Positions 1-11,668 of a stretch of DNA of 64,000 nucleotides are shown piece by piece. Made by a program: the position numbers and the translations under genes. The stretch is from Microbotryum violaceum. Its lineage: Eukaryota. The stretch covers positions 124,001-188,000 of the forward strand of contig CDLV01000016.1 of NCBI GenBank assembly GCA_001244265.2, read 5' to 3'. Each line of letters starts with the position of its first letter. Position 1 is the first letter of the stretch. The notes beneath the pieces are model-generated. The model ran no database searches. It had not been told where the DNA came from and saw only the letters and a program-made list of their open reading frames with translations.

Positions 1-16
1 GTACTAACCCCTTCGC

Positions 17-1182
17 GTGATGTTGTTTTCTTTAGTGCCCACCAATTTGATCCATAGGCAGAACCTTGCAAAGCCATATTGGAAAGCAATAGGCCAAGAC
101 GAGGAGGCGAAAATAGCCTGCGACGCCGCGCTTGCCTCGGAGCGCGAGGAACCAATTGACGACCCGCCTCCCAACAAGAGCACTCGGATCAAGCCGCTCG
201 GTTACAAGACCATCAAGAGAGGAAGACAATGCCTAGAGGATGCATTGAACACCATAGTTAGTCATAGCTCGATTAGGTTTTTCATGGCCCAGCCTCAAGT
301 TCAGGCAGCTAAAAGGTTGCCCCCACCTCTGGTTCACAGAGTGTCACATATGCGGAAAAGTACGGCCTACAAATGCTCGCTATGGTCTCTTCCAATCTTC
401 CAGAACTCAACAAATAACGTTTCCTGATCACTTCCCCCGGTGGATTGGCGTTTGCCCACCGAAAAGGTTGGGGCGACGATTCGGGCTCAAAAAAGCTGCT
501 GTCTGAATTTGCCGATTGCGTTACCGAGAGGGCCTTTTTAGAGCAGAAGAAGGCCGAGCTGGACGCCGCAGGTCAGCACGCACACAGGGAAAGCACGCGA
601 GCGAGCGAGCGTCGATTACTGATTTTCCGCTCCTCATACTACCGTGCAGTTTGGGATGATCCACCTGAAGCCGAGAACACGGATACCAAATGCAACTGGT
701 ACAGCGCAATCTTGAAAAACCTTTTTGGTGAGTGGAAGAAACTTGCTACTCTCCTTCGATGAACTGCTGACGACGAGTGATTCTTCCATGATGCAGATGA
801 CGCCTTAATGTGACGTGCCAAGCTCGAAGGGCGTAGCAAGCTTCAAGGACGCAACTTCAAAACTCCCAGACTTGTTTATGACCAAGACGCCCTTGTGAAC
901 AAGGCCAGGATCGTCGTCGAATGCGGCTCACGCCTCAATCTGGCCACGGATTTTGTTAGCCCTTCGGGCAAGCAAAAAATGTCGGGAACGGACTTGGATC
1001 GAATCATTCCACTGCTTCGTGCGGGGGAGCTGCGGTTCCGGTTGTTAGAAGAGGTAGTAGCGGAAGCAGATGCCGGAGCGGCGGCTACCGCTGCGACCGG
1101 CGTTGACGACAGCGCATCGGAGCTCTCTCGGAGCTCAGGGCGGCAGCAAACGCCAGAAGAGCAAGACGGCGGCATGCTCTAA
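17..1182 (+). pseudogene. Fragmented ORFs of an unknown protein, probably KDZ-element cargo convergent with the transposase
   Basis: Successive + strand ORFs (17-427, 445-762, 895-1182) with protein-like composition, broken by stops and a probable intron. No recognisable motif. Confidence 0.3.
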
Positions 1183-2819
1183 GAACAGGATTGATTTCTA
1201 GGGCTGAGTCAGAGGGTAACGACTCGGACGTCGCAGAACGAAGCAAGCTGACTGCCCAACTGGTCCGCCAAGGTCCGTGCTGAATCTGGAGGCATGGCGA
1301 TCAGTGACTGGAGGGGCGCAATTCCCCTTGGCATCTTTGACCCAGCGAGGAGGGTGTAGTGTTTCACTTTTTGTGACTAAAACTTTTTTCGTCACATCAT
1401 GCTTAACTTACTTTAAGGTCATGATTAGTTACCGCTATCTTTGAAAAATCGTAGATCGATCATTCGGCATTTGATGTTTCGTAAGCGATGCTCACCGGCG
1501 CCAAACTCCTCAGGTGCTTCTTCTTTCTCTGGGCCCGGGAACCGAACGCGAGGGACCCGGAGTATGGTCGGACTATGCTCGAGTGCTTTACCGGCTTGAA
1601 GAATATTTGAACACATGTATCTCGGTATGTTGTGGGTAATGTTTCTTCAGAAGTGAGCGCGTGAGCTATCCCCTTGTGCCTCTCGAGCTCTGCAGAGGAC
1701 GCTGTACTAGCTCTGCCTTCACGTAACTCACTTTGTGGACAAGCAACCACACTTGCAAAGCGACCCAATCAGGTTCAAGTCGAGAAGGTCGGACTCTTAA
1801 CACTAAAGCAACAAGTACTTGGTTCTATGAGCAAAGTAAACATCACAGAAGGAAGGCTCGCTTTGCTGTCTTGTCGCATCCATCGGTCACTCGGCGTTAT
1901 GTCGAATTGCCTCTTATGCTATATCAACGGCTTGAGTAGCCCAGGCCGGCTTCGGGACTCGCGACTTCAAGAATTCCTGGCGGACGATTGACCTTCCGAT
2001 GGGTTGCAATGCAGTGTAGACATATTACACGTTCGGAGATTTGATTTACTTCGATATTTTCAAACTCGGAGCGTGGAAATCAGGACGCACATCAGCTCAT
2101 AAAATGATTCTGATCTACTAGTATTAATAGTATTACGCCACGCCTTTTCACGACTAGGCTACACGGTCCAATGACTACAGATCTGTATTGAAATCGGAAG
2201 GTACTCTAAATAGCGCGAGGCGACCGAGCTACCGAGTCTTACACTAATTACACTTCGGCGTTGAGATCCAGACAGGCTCCTGCTAGGAAGAAGGCTGGGG
2301 CAATGTACCACCTCCCAATTCCGGTTCGCGGATGCATATGATATATCTCACAATAATTTCTGACCCCCGCCGTCAGAAGAATCTGCCTGTTGAAACAGCC
2401 AGTTGGTTATAATGCTACTAGCCCTTTTATCCGACGCCTACAAGTAGTATACTTCGCGAGGTCCCTTTATGACACTGCCCCCAGCTTTTATCTGCCATAA
2501 TTATCGGAAAACCATGATAGAGTGACTGACTGAAGTACCTGGACATTTTGGTGGTCCTGGAAGACCTTGGTATTTCACTGCAGCTAGCGACATCAACTTA
2601 TAATGACCCGGAACTTACCGCAAGATAAGGATGTCCCCGCAAGGTTTGATGATCATCGGACAACGGAATGTGGCTCTTAGCGGCCGATTTGCGGAGGAAT
2701 TGCTACTACTCCGTCACACCCGCCCTGCTCAGCTGTCGCGACAGCTCACGCTCTCGAGCGACTCAGAGGCACTTGACGCGGACGGCGCTGCAATGATAAA
2801 TGGAACCGCCGAACAGGGA

Positions 2820-3300
2820 TCGTCGAGCGGTGTTGGTCGGAAAAGGCGCTTGCACATACATTCCAACTTGAAGTGTTGACTATAGTGACTTAGCCCACTC
2901 ACCGAGTTTGAAGAGGATTTTGTATCGGGTACTCGAGCAGTCACATGCGCTTTGTGAGCAAACTTTGTGAGCAAAACTCACTCGGGACTGGTAAGGGGAG
3001 CCGTCGAGTGGTGTTGGTTGAAAAAGCGCTTGCACACACATCCACACTTTGCGAATCGACCCCGTCCGAGGGCAAGAGATGTGTTAAGCTATACTGTCTT
3101 AGTCCACTCACCGAGTTTGAAGAGGATTTTGTATTGGGTACTCGAGCAGTGACATGCGCTTTGAGAGCAAAACTCACTCGGGACTGGTAAGGGGAACCGC
3201 CTAGTGATCCCGAGTGATCGGGACTGGAGGGGAACCGCCGAGTGATGTTGGAGTGACGTTGGTTGGAAATGGCGCTTGCACATACATTCAAATCTTGCGA
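2820..3300. repeat. About 2.3 imperfect direct copies of a ~200-bp unit downstream of the KDZ stop codon
   Basis: CCACTCACCGAGTTTGAAGAGGATTTTGTAT...ACTCACTCGGGACTGGTAAGGGGA at ~2895 and ~3104; GCGCTTGCACA at ~2846, ~3026 and ~3272. Confidence 0.85.
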
Positions 3301-3411
3301 TGCACACATACAAAGTGCGCGGGTATAAATGGATTATAATCTTCGTTGCATCATTGATCTTTCAAAGGTATGATACTACAATGGGCTGTTTCTATAATCT
3401 TGAGCGGCAGG

Positions 3412-6400
3412 TCAGTTGTCCTCAGAGCCGGAGTCCAACATGTCATTGTCGGCTTCGCTCGACGAATCGTCGCCGTGGCCCTCGTCCGAAGAGCTGTCAG
3501 AAACGTACAACATACGTTTCTCCTGCTCGACAAGCTGCAGTGTGAGATCACACAGGTTTTTTGCGCCGGGTACGCTCATATCGCCATCCAGCTGCTCCGT
3601 GATGCGGTGCACGAGTTGACGGTCGTTCTCGTGGATCCGCGATAACGGGTTCGGCACCTGGGAAACGGGCGAGGTGTCTGTGAGAGAGGTGGAATTCACA
3701 GACGCGGCCTCGCCCGCGCCGCCCCAGGTTACTGACGCCGTCCTAGAGGTATTGCTAGCGTCCCGCAGCAGGCGCGCTGCGAATGTAGCCAGCGCTGCAG
3801 GCATTGGCTCGTGATCACCGGCTGGTCCTCTTGTTTCGTTCCAAAGTACGAGGAACGAGCTGTCACGAAACCAGGCACGCTTGAGTTTCCGAAGATTCTC
3901 CATCCGAGCAGCCAGAATGATCAGGGCACAGTCTCGAACCGTTGCGTAGTCAGACCCGCCGATTGCAGTCCTGAGACGGTGCTGTTCATCCTCATCATAG
4001 ATAGATGGAGCGGATTCTGTTTGTTTCGAGCCAGACTGCATCAATGACTGAAGTGCTGAAGGAGTGCCGATCTACGAACTCACCCAAGGCACTTGACCAG
4101 AGTGCTTGGCGATTGGATATGAGATCCTGCTCGTCCTCGACCCAAGCTAGAGCCTGTGGCACCTCGGCGCCAAGCCGAGCGAACTCTTCATCGGCTCGAT
4201 CAAGGTTACGCACAGCGACGATCCCGCGCTTGACTAACACATCGGTAGCCCATGCCGCTTCAGCGTGTGTGAAAAATCCATCATGCCAGAACGAATCCGT
4301 CTCTTCAAGCTCGATGACCGAATGCCCGCTACTGGCTATCGGGAAATTGCTGAGGAGGTGCGAGGGGGACGATCCACCTGCAGTTTGGAAGGCGTTTACC
4401 GCCTTGTTGTACGCCTTTCGCGCTTTTTCAACGCCAGAAAGAGTCTTGAGTTCGACTTTGCGAGCTTTGCGAGCTTTGCTCGCGCCTCTCTGACCAAGTG
4501 TCGATCCCCCTCTGCCGCGACGCGTTGATAGTAGTTTCTCACGACTCGTCTTGTAGGCGATTACTTCGCGATGTAATTTGCGCAACGCAACAGAGGACTG
4601 GCACAGATGACGCAGATCTTTAATTGCAACTAAGCTCGTTAGCGCAAGGCGAAAAAGCGACTAATGAGCCAGATCTGGTCCGACTTACCTTTAGGGGAGA
4701 GACCAGGCCCACTTTGAACCTCGATGAATGCTGCTAGATCGATGTCCCTTGCTAGACGACCTTGCTTGTCTTTCAGTCCTTCGAGTAAATCTAGATCAGA
4801 GTCTTCCTCGTCACTGCACAGCAGGTATAAGTCACTGCACATTGAAAACGAGGTCAATCATGCTTCGTCAAGTACCTACATTCTGCGTTCAATCCTGTAA
4901 TATTCCTCGACAAGCTGGTAAAGCTTGTTCGCTTTCAAGCGATCTTCCTCAGCTCCCTGCGCTGCCGTTTTCGACGCTTCTGCCGTTCGCTGTTCTTGCC
5001 AAGCGGCGCGGAATGCCTCCTCCGACCAGTTGGCATCTTCGGAGGTAACGCTGCTGAGTTCTGTCTGGGCAGCATGCCTTCGAGCCTCGGCTCAGCGAAA
5101 CCGACGGGTGAGCCAAGAACCTAGATTGGATACAGAGAGTCAGCGCATTCAGGATGCGGCGAGCGCGGACGACTGACCCAACCTTGCGACGTTCGCCTCG
5201 TTCACTGCCTGCGTGCGGACCGCCAGGTTGACGAAGCGGTGGGATTTATTTGATTGACGGTTGATGGGGATGAGGGAGCGCAACGCGCTCCACAATCGCT
5301 CACACCCGTCTCCATCAGTCAACCCAAAGTTTGGAATAAGGCGGGGGTTGAATTCGACTTGGCATCCCCAGCGGTGGGCGTATGCATGGAAGACGGTGGT
5401 GGCAAACTCGAGTCGTTCGAAGATCTCAGGCACTAGCTGCCTCTGAGAAAAGCGAGAACAGCAGCGAACCAATTAGTTAGTAACGCTTGGGAGGGTAAGC
5501 GGCAAGGCGCTCGATACTGACCGTCTCGATGTGGTGCTTGAAGTTACAAGCAATGTCATACAAGACTCCGATCCTGGTTTCTGTCGGAACGTGCTTGGAA
5601 ATCTGGTTGACAATCGCTAGTGCAAAATACAGCCTTGATGATCGGCGGAAGAACCCTGAACTTCAGCGGAATGGAAGGGAATGAAAGTGAAAGTGATCAA
5701 GTCCAAGACAGCTACCCTCACTTTTCACCCGAACCCTCAAGGTTCACCATTGCTAGTGCGATGTCATGGCGGCACACGCCTGCGACAAGCCCCGTGTCGA
5801 TCTTGCGCTTCGAAAGTTTTTCGGAGCCCCCGTCGGCGGCCTTCCATGACTCTGTGCACGCCTTCGGAAGTGTATGGCGCGGTGAGTTAGGTACCCAACA
5901 TATCTGGTAAGTTCATCACGTTACTGACCATTTTCTTTGGCTTGGATGTCTTGTCGACATTTTCCTTCATTCTCAGGACGGCTTCATCGGTCAAAAACAG
6001 GCTCGGCACGATCCCTTGGACGTCGTAAATCGAATTATCCTCCCGGGTCTGTTGAAAATTTCCATCAAGCGCGATCATGTAGTCCTATTGGAGTTCGTGA
6101 TGGGATCTGTTGAGTCGTTTCGGCCCGAAATACGCGGGGCATTTGTTGGCCAAAGCCTCGACAGTGCCCAACATGACGTCTCCGGTGTCGCTCTCGAGTG
6201 TTTGGACGGCGCGAAATTCGTCAATCGCTCGCTGCAATTGCTTCCGCAGTTCTTTGTCCTAACATCAATGGGAACGCAAGCTATAAGCGAGCATTCGCCC
6301 CATCACTATGACACAGAATCGATACTCACATACGGGTGCCGATGATTATGCTTAGTGCGTAGTTTGGCCTCGGCCGTGATGAGATAGCCGTCTCGTTTGG

Positions 6401-6878
6401 GGGCAAGAGGTGGATCCGATGCGCGTGGTGGGGGGAGAACTGCCTCTGCGAATTCTTGGTGCGTCGGGCGTTGTAAGTCCGGGTCGGGTGAGTATCTGAA
6501 GTGGTCGGAGGAATCCATGCCACCTTGATCCTCATACTCGTAGTCCTGATGCTCCCATGGCCCTGTTGACTGCCCATCGGCGAAATCACCTTGGGCGAAG
6601 TCGAGATCGTTGACCAAGACGGAGGTAGAGACGGAGCTCGAGGTGACGGGGACGGGTTGATTTGTGGTGGTGTTGACGCCGGACGTCGCAGATGCGGTGT
6701 GGCTCGACTGTGCATCGGCCCTCCTCGGCCTCTTGCGCCCACCCTTGTCGACGAACCTGTGTCCCGCGTGCACGTGGACCAGAGGCACATCGGCATATTG
6801 GTCAGGGCAGTCGGGATGGTCGAGGTAGTCCGAAGGCTTCACCCGGGGGAAGCGAGGCTTCAACCGCGAGGTTGGCAT
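3412..6878 (-). pseudogene. KDZ transposase, multi-exon, probably inactive
   Basis: Motifs in order: LANKCPAYFG (usually CPAC), IALDGNFQ, CTESWKAA..DTGLVAGVCRHD..MVNL..GEK, YDIAC, FHAYAH..CQ.EFNPR, GLTDGDGCERLWS, then a helical region and acidic tail. Probable in-frame TAG at 6085-6087. Most of the N-terminal CxC cysteine cluster appears to be missing. Confidence 0.9.
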
Positions 6879-7338
6879 GGTTGCTGAGTAGGACAGGTTC
6901 GGGTGTGAGACTCTAGAAGTAGTCGACTACTCACGTCGGGTCGTTGGTTCAGCAAGCAAGCCATCGAGAGCATGGAGCTGACCGCCACGGCGCGCGGGCT
7001 GCAAGCTCCCTCCGTTAGTCACGTGTTTCAATGCTGGGTTTTGCTCCCGCCCGTCAGCCCGGGCAAGTTCAAGTTGACGAGCACAAAGGGTACTGCACAT
7101 CATTTCACTCAGCTCACATATAGCCTTCCATTCCATTTCTCTAGTGCGCCTAGTCGTGTCATACCGAGTTCATTGTAAGTGTATGTAGTGACTATGACTT
7201 AGTTGCAGGCCTGACCCGGGGCAACGTTGCTCCCGTCGAGAACAACGTTTCTACCGGCCCAGGATGCCGATCCGATGGACTTTTCTGGCCGCTGTGTGGC
7301 GCGATTAAGATCGTCCCTTCTTTTGTCTGCCCGAGGTG

Positions 7339-8945
7339 ACCTTGCTGTAGCATGGCAAACAAAAACAACCTATACAATCGTTGCAAAAGACTTACTCTTA
7401 TGCTATTTTTTCGAGCATATACCTTAAGGGAACGCTCTTGGGAATCCTATTCATTGAGCTACAGGGGTGAGAAGTCGTTATTGTCGACTTGGAGCTGGCT
7501 CGCGCACGGACCCAGAGGGACGGTTCTTCGCGCCGACGTGAATCAGCCAGCCGGGCCTCACCGGTCTCACCTTCGGTCCACAACGCCAGTCCACGACGTC
7601 ACTACCGCCCTCATGATCCACCATACCCGTACAAACGCCAACGCCTTTTAAGGGCACACCTCGTCAGTCTCCATCGATTGAGTTCAGAGAGTCGCCCTTA
7701 CGATCTGCTTCGAGGGCAAAGCCAACGACATCGAGGGACCATCAATCAACGAACACAACCCCCGAACTGCCTACCCCTCGCTCTCGGGCTGCTCTCGGGC
7801 TGCTCACTGGAGATCACAATTAACTCAAGAAGATCGAGTTGACCCGATTGAGTTACGCAAGAAGCTCAGACTCCTCTTGGTCGACAAATTTGGCGAGGAC
7901 TTCGTCCCCCGGCCGGTGCAAATCCGCCGGACTTTTTCAGCTCGAGCGGTTCAAGACTCGAAATCAGTATGACGCTGTGTTCGTCATTGCTCCAACGGGT
8001 TCAGGGAAGAGCTTGATTTTTCAAGCCAACGTCGTCAACCGATCCGCAGTGAGACAAGAGGTTGCGGATGCGTCCACTGATGAAAAAGTTGCTTTCGACT
8101 GTTGCGTCGAGGCTTGCGTCAATCTGATCAGATGCCAAGCCTTCAGGAGCCATGTCGTGGCTGGAGACGAAGGCGGATTTGGTTCGTTTCATCTCTTTCA
8201 CAATGATTGAGTCAGATTGTACAGGTATGATGCAAGTGTTTAAGAGGCCTTGCCGCGGTCTTGTATCCTGATCTGATATGCTGGAGGGTTACCCACCTGG
8301 TTGGCAATCCAATTATTGATTCGGCCTCGTGCGGGCGAGTTGTATGATGAGATCAAGTACATGCTTGAGCTGGGTCCAATTACTGTTGAAAGATCTTTGG
8401 CCTACGATTGTGAACACCATTGTGTTGTGTTGATGGGCTGAAATACCACAAGAGGTATTGACATAGTGAGAGCTTATGAAACCGAAACCGAGCGAATAGA
8501 TCCGCCTGACGGCGGCGATCCTGGCGAGTCGTCGAGTCATAGCGTCTGGGTTCCGCGTCATTCTGAGATAAGCGCGGTGTTGCACCGAGAACAAGCGAAG
8601 AGCATAGTACCGAGAAGACGAGTGATGCGGAATGGGACGGGAGAGAAACCGATGCGCACACGCCGAAGTGCGCAAGCCGGCGGCTGCAGCAGCGTGCTGC
8701 CGCTCGGACCACTCGGGACCAGATTGACCAAATTGACACACTTCAGATCATTATAACTTCGCCTACAGATAGGGAATCCTTTTTTTAGTAGAAGATCAAT
8801 AACACGTCTGCGTTTTGGATAATTGCAAGTACTTGCCACGCTACAGAGAACCACCCCAAAATGGCCCTGAAATTTCGGAGGGCAACTGGGCCAGGCGCGC
8901 CGATAAGTCCTAAGCCCCCTCTGTGGAGGAGCTTAGTTGAGCTTA
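7339..8945. mobile_element. Non-autonomous AcademH-type element, copy 1 (left TIR interrupted by the KDZ element)
   Basis: Highly similar to 47719-49664. + strand RecQ-like helicase stump (FVPRPVQ; DAVFVIAPTGSGKSLIFQ). Extra internal deletion at ~8045 relative to copy 2. Right end GGAGCTTAGTTGAGCTTA; its reverse complement starts TAAGCTC like the left end of copy 2. Confidence 0.75.
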
Positions 8946-9376
8946 AACTGCACCATTTACTCGCGGCATTATGATATGGATGCGTTTCCTAGAGAGATGC
9001 CAGCGCGCCAGAGTGCACGGGGCTTCTTTCCGCGCGGCTGTTTAGTCTTGGTAGCTTTCTCATCACTCGCTCTACATTGTCGTCCTGACCTCTCGGCATC
9101 GCTACCTCTCTCCTATCGGAAAACCGGTTACTACAATAGTATTATCACTCGCTCTGCGTTATGGTTCTGACTTTTCGGCGTCGCTGCCTCCGATCTCCTA
9201 CTCGAAGGCTACCTTTCGCGCTCGCACCGTTTCCGCGATAGAGGGTATTGCGAACGATTCCTGCACAATAGCACCAGAGCCAGTCAGATTCCCCAGTCGG
9301 GCGGGATTTGTGGCAAGTCAGTTTGGCTACTAGGGAATAAGGCTTCTTCTAGCGGGAGCCGCTGTGCGAGGCTCAC

Positions 9377-9699
9377 CGGAGTGGTGCTGGCAGTTGTGGC
9401 TTGACGCTGAACTGAAGATGAAGCTGTCGAAGTCGTTACGGGATCGGCCAGTGGCGGAAACTGCGGGTGCTTTCAGCGAAGGTATAGTCAGCGGCGGCTG
9501 GGTCGGTCAATAAAAGACCGACGATCTCCTCTTGTGACTCACCGGAGTGGTGGTGGCACTGGCCTCTTGACACTGAAAAGCCGTCGAAATCGTTACGGGA
9601 TCGGCCAGTGGCGGAAACTGCGAGTGCTTAAAGCAATGGCACAGTCAGCCGCGGCTGGGTCGGTCACCGAAAGACAAACGATCTCCTCTCGAAACTCAC
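9377..9699 (-). repeat. Tandem duplication of an intron+exon unit (157 and 166 bp) in an uncharacterised minus-strand gene
   Basis: Each unit has a 73-nt intron (GTGAGT...GCTGAC...AAG) and a phase-0 exon: HSQFPPLADPVTISTAFQCQEASATTTP (84 nt) and HPQFPPLADPVTTSTASSSVQRQATTASTTP (93 nt). Confidence 0.8.
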
Positions 9700-10069
9700 T
9701 GGAGAGACTTGTGCAAGTGCTTCTTGAAGTTGGTAGGAAGGTGAAGGGGTTTGTGGTGTTGTTTTTCGGAGCTGACGGAGAGGCGAAAGTTTTAGTTCTC
9801 CCCTTTGGTCGGCCGGCGGCGGTGACTGCGGCTGAGGGGTTTTCCGGGAAGGCAAAAGTCAATCGCGACTACGTCGGTTAATGTTATTGAACGGAACCAC
9901 TGCGTGTGGTTTACCGGTTGAGAGAGCGGTGCCTTTTTGGCTCCAATTGGCGGAATTGCAACCGCCTCATTGGAACTAGTACTTGGCGGCGACCGGATGC
10001 CAGCCGAGGTCTGTGGCGCCGAGAGCGTTAGTAAGATGGACGCTTATCAGTACAAGACGGTTGTGCGCC

Positions 10070-11176
10070 TCAATTTGATACATCACGTACGATACACTCG
10101 AAATCAATGCCGATCAACAGCAGCGCCGCTCGGATGGTTTTTTCTGAGACCACGAGGAGCACGAACCCCGCCTTTGTCCCGTAGGCGTACCCGGCTTTGA
10201 ACGGATTTCTCGGCACTAACGCGGCCGACTTGTCGCCATTTGCATAGCGAAACCACCCAGGGGGCACCCCTATCCGGATCAACACCGACAGTATAAAAGC
10301 GAGCACAGTGAAGACGCAGAAGACGGCACCGACAGCCCCGACGAGGACGACTAGGCTCACCCACCCCGAGTAAAGGAGCTTGCTCGGGGCGCTGACGATG
10401 GCCTCCGGTATGTCGAGGATTAGCCTGTTAAGGCGATGCCAAGCGGAATTGTCGTGGCTATCATGGCGTTACTGCAAGCATACACATCAGACAGGTTAGA
10501 TCATACAGCGTAGTATGAGCTTGGGCTAGGCCACATCACTGACATGACAGTCTTTTCCCGTCGCTGACTAGTCAACGCGGCAGCTAGCCCGAATTCGCCG
10601 ATCACGAGCGAGCCCCCGACCTGTGCGAACTTGATGGGGTCGGAGTGGTACCAATAAAACAAGCACAAGAGACCACCAGTCCCCGAAACGATCAAAGAGA
10701 TGATCATCATCCCCACTGCGAGGCATTCGGAGACCGTCAGCTGATCATCCCCGGAAAGGCTTCTCATTTGTGGCCAACGCACCCAAGGTGACAGGAGCAT
10801 CATCATCGTCCTCGCACGGGTTGTCCGCCTCCGTAGGAACCTCAACCCCGACCCCCTCTTTCTTTTGACCATCCTTCCCACCTTCCTCCTTCGTATCATC
10901 TGCGAGGTAGTCAAGGATGATTAAACGACGATTCAACCCGGAAACGGGCATCGACAGCTGAGCCGGGGAAGCAGGGGAAGTCGTGCGAGTGGTGGAGGAA
11001 GAGAAGAGCGAGGAAAAGGGAGGGAGCATCATTGGACCGTTAGTCGTGTCCTGCGGCAGCCTCCCCGTAACGGCACTCATCGAGAGCTCCAATTTAGGCG
11101 CTTTGCGCTGATCTTCCTCAGGAGCCCAAAAAACAGCACTAGTGCGAGGGGCAGGTTCAAGGGAAAATGTTTGCAA
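10070..11176 (-). CDS. Hypothetical membrane protein (exon fragments; model uncertain)
   Basis: Minus-strand ORFs 10745-11176, 10501-10914 and 10070-10360 with hydrophobic segments (CLAVGMMIISLIVSGTGGLLCLFYWY; LVVLVGAVGAVFCVFTVLAFILSVLI). No family recognised. Confidence 0.35.
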
Positions 11177-11629
11177 AAGAGAACATCACAGAGCCTCGAA
11201 TTGTTGTATCGTGCTGTAGTGCTCCACAATTGGGAGTGCATCAATGTAGAAATTAGGGACGATGAAGTGTGGGGGGTCCGAGCGGACGCGTACATTCGCA
11301 GCTGTCATTCAAACCTGCTCCATTCGGTCCTGATATAAACAAACAAGAAGGTATCCTGGTGACCTGCCGAATTTTGGTTTGATTGAGGGGTGCAGGTGAG
11401 CAGGTGACGGATTGACGCGACGGCTACTAGTCGACGGCTAGAAACGACGCCTAGTACCCCTGTCCCCGAAGCATCATCCCGTGTCCTCTACCCTGACAGC
11501 AAACACTATACGTGACCAATCGATTCTTCATCAAGCTCTATTCGATCGCCTCGATTGTCTCTTAAGTCGTGCTTCTTCGTGTTGGAATCAACAATGATTC
11601 CGAAATGATCGACAGAAGAAGAAAACGGC

Positions 11630-11668
11630 TGAACCGACCAGGAGTCGAACCTGGGTCGCCTCCCATCA
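11630..11668 (-). tRNA. tRNA-like 3' half (fragment or pseudogene; isotype undetermined)
   Basis: Minus strand GGGAG-GCGAC-CCAGG-TTCGACT-CCTGG-TCGGTTC-A then GCCGTTTT: perfect T arm with B box, acceptor 3' strand, discriminator and T-run terminator. No matching 5' half or D arm found nearby. Confidence 0.45.

Larger units (their letters stand above)
1..7338 (-). mobile_element. KDZ (Kyakuja-Dileera-Zisupton) DNA transposon; left end lies outside the window
   Basis: Contains the KDZ transposase below. Ends ...GTCTGCCCGAGGTG at 7338 exactly where identity to the AcademH copy at 47620-49664 begins. The same ~50-bp terminus occurs inverted at 43701, and a CACCT terminus also bounds the 33101-37528 element. 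Extension to position 1 is inferred because no matching left terminus is visible in 1-3400. Confidence 0.65.

Noticed and set aside
1200-2800. TET/JBP dioxygenase cargo expected beside KDZ transposases
   Set aside because: No HxD...H...R 2OG-Fe(II) pattern could be assembled from the short ORFs; the region is too decayed to call.
7176-7205. TAAG-N18-CTTA-GTTG as an AcademH left terminus
   Set aside because: Pairing is weak, no TIR blocks follow, and it lies inside the KDZ end region; probably chance.
7839-8045. Host RecQ/telomere-linked helicase gene or Helitron helicase
   Set aside because: Only the Q-motif and motif I are present, inside a repeated TIR-bounded unit. The motif is SF2/RecQ-type, not Pif1-type.
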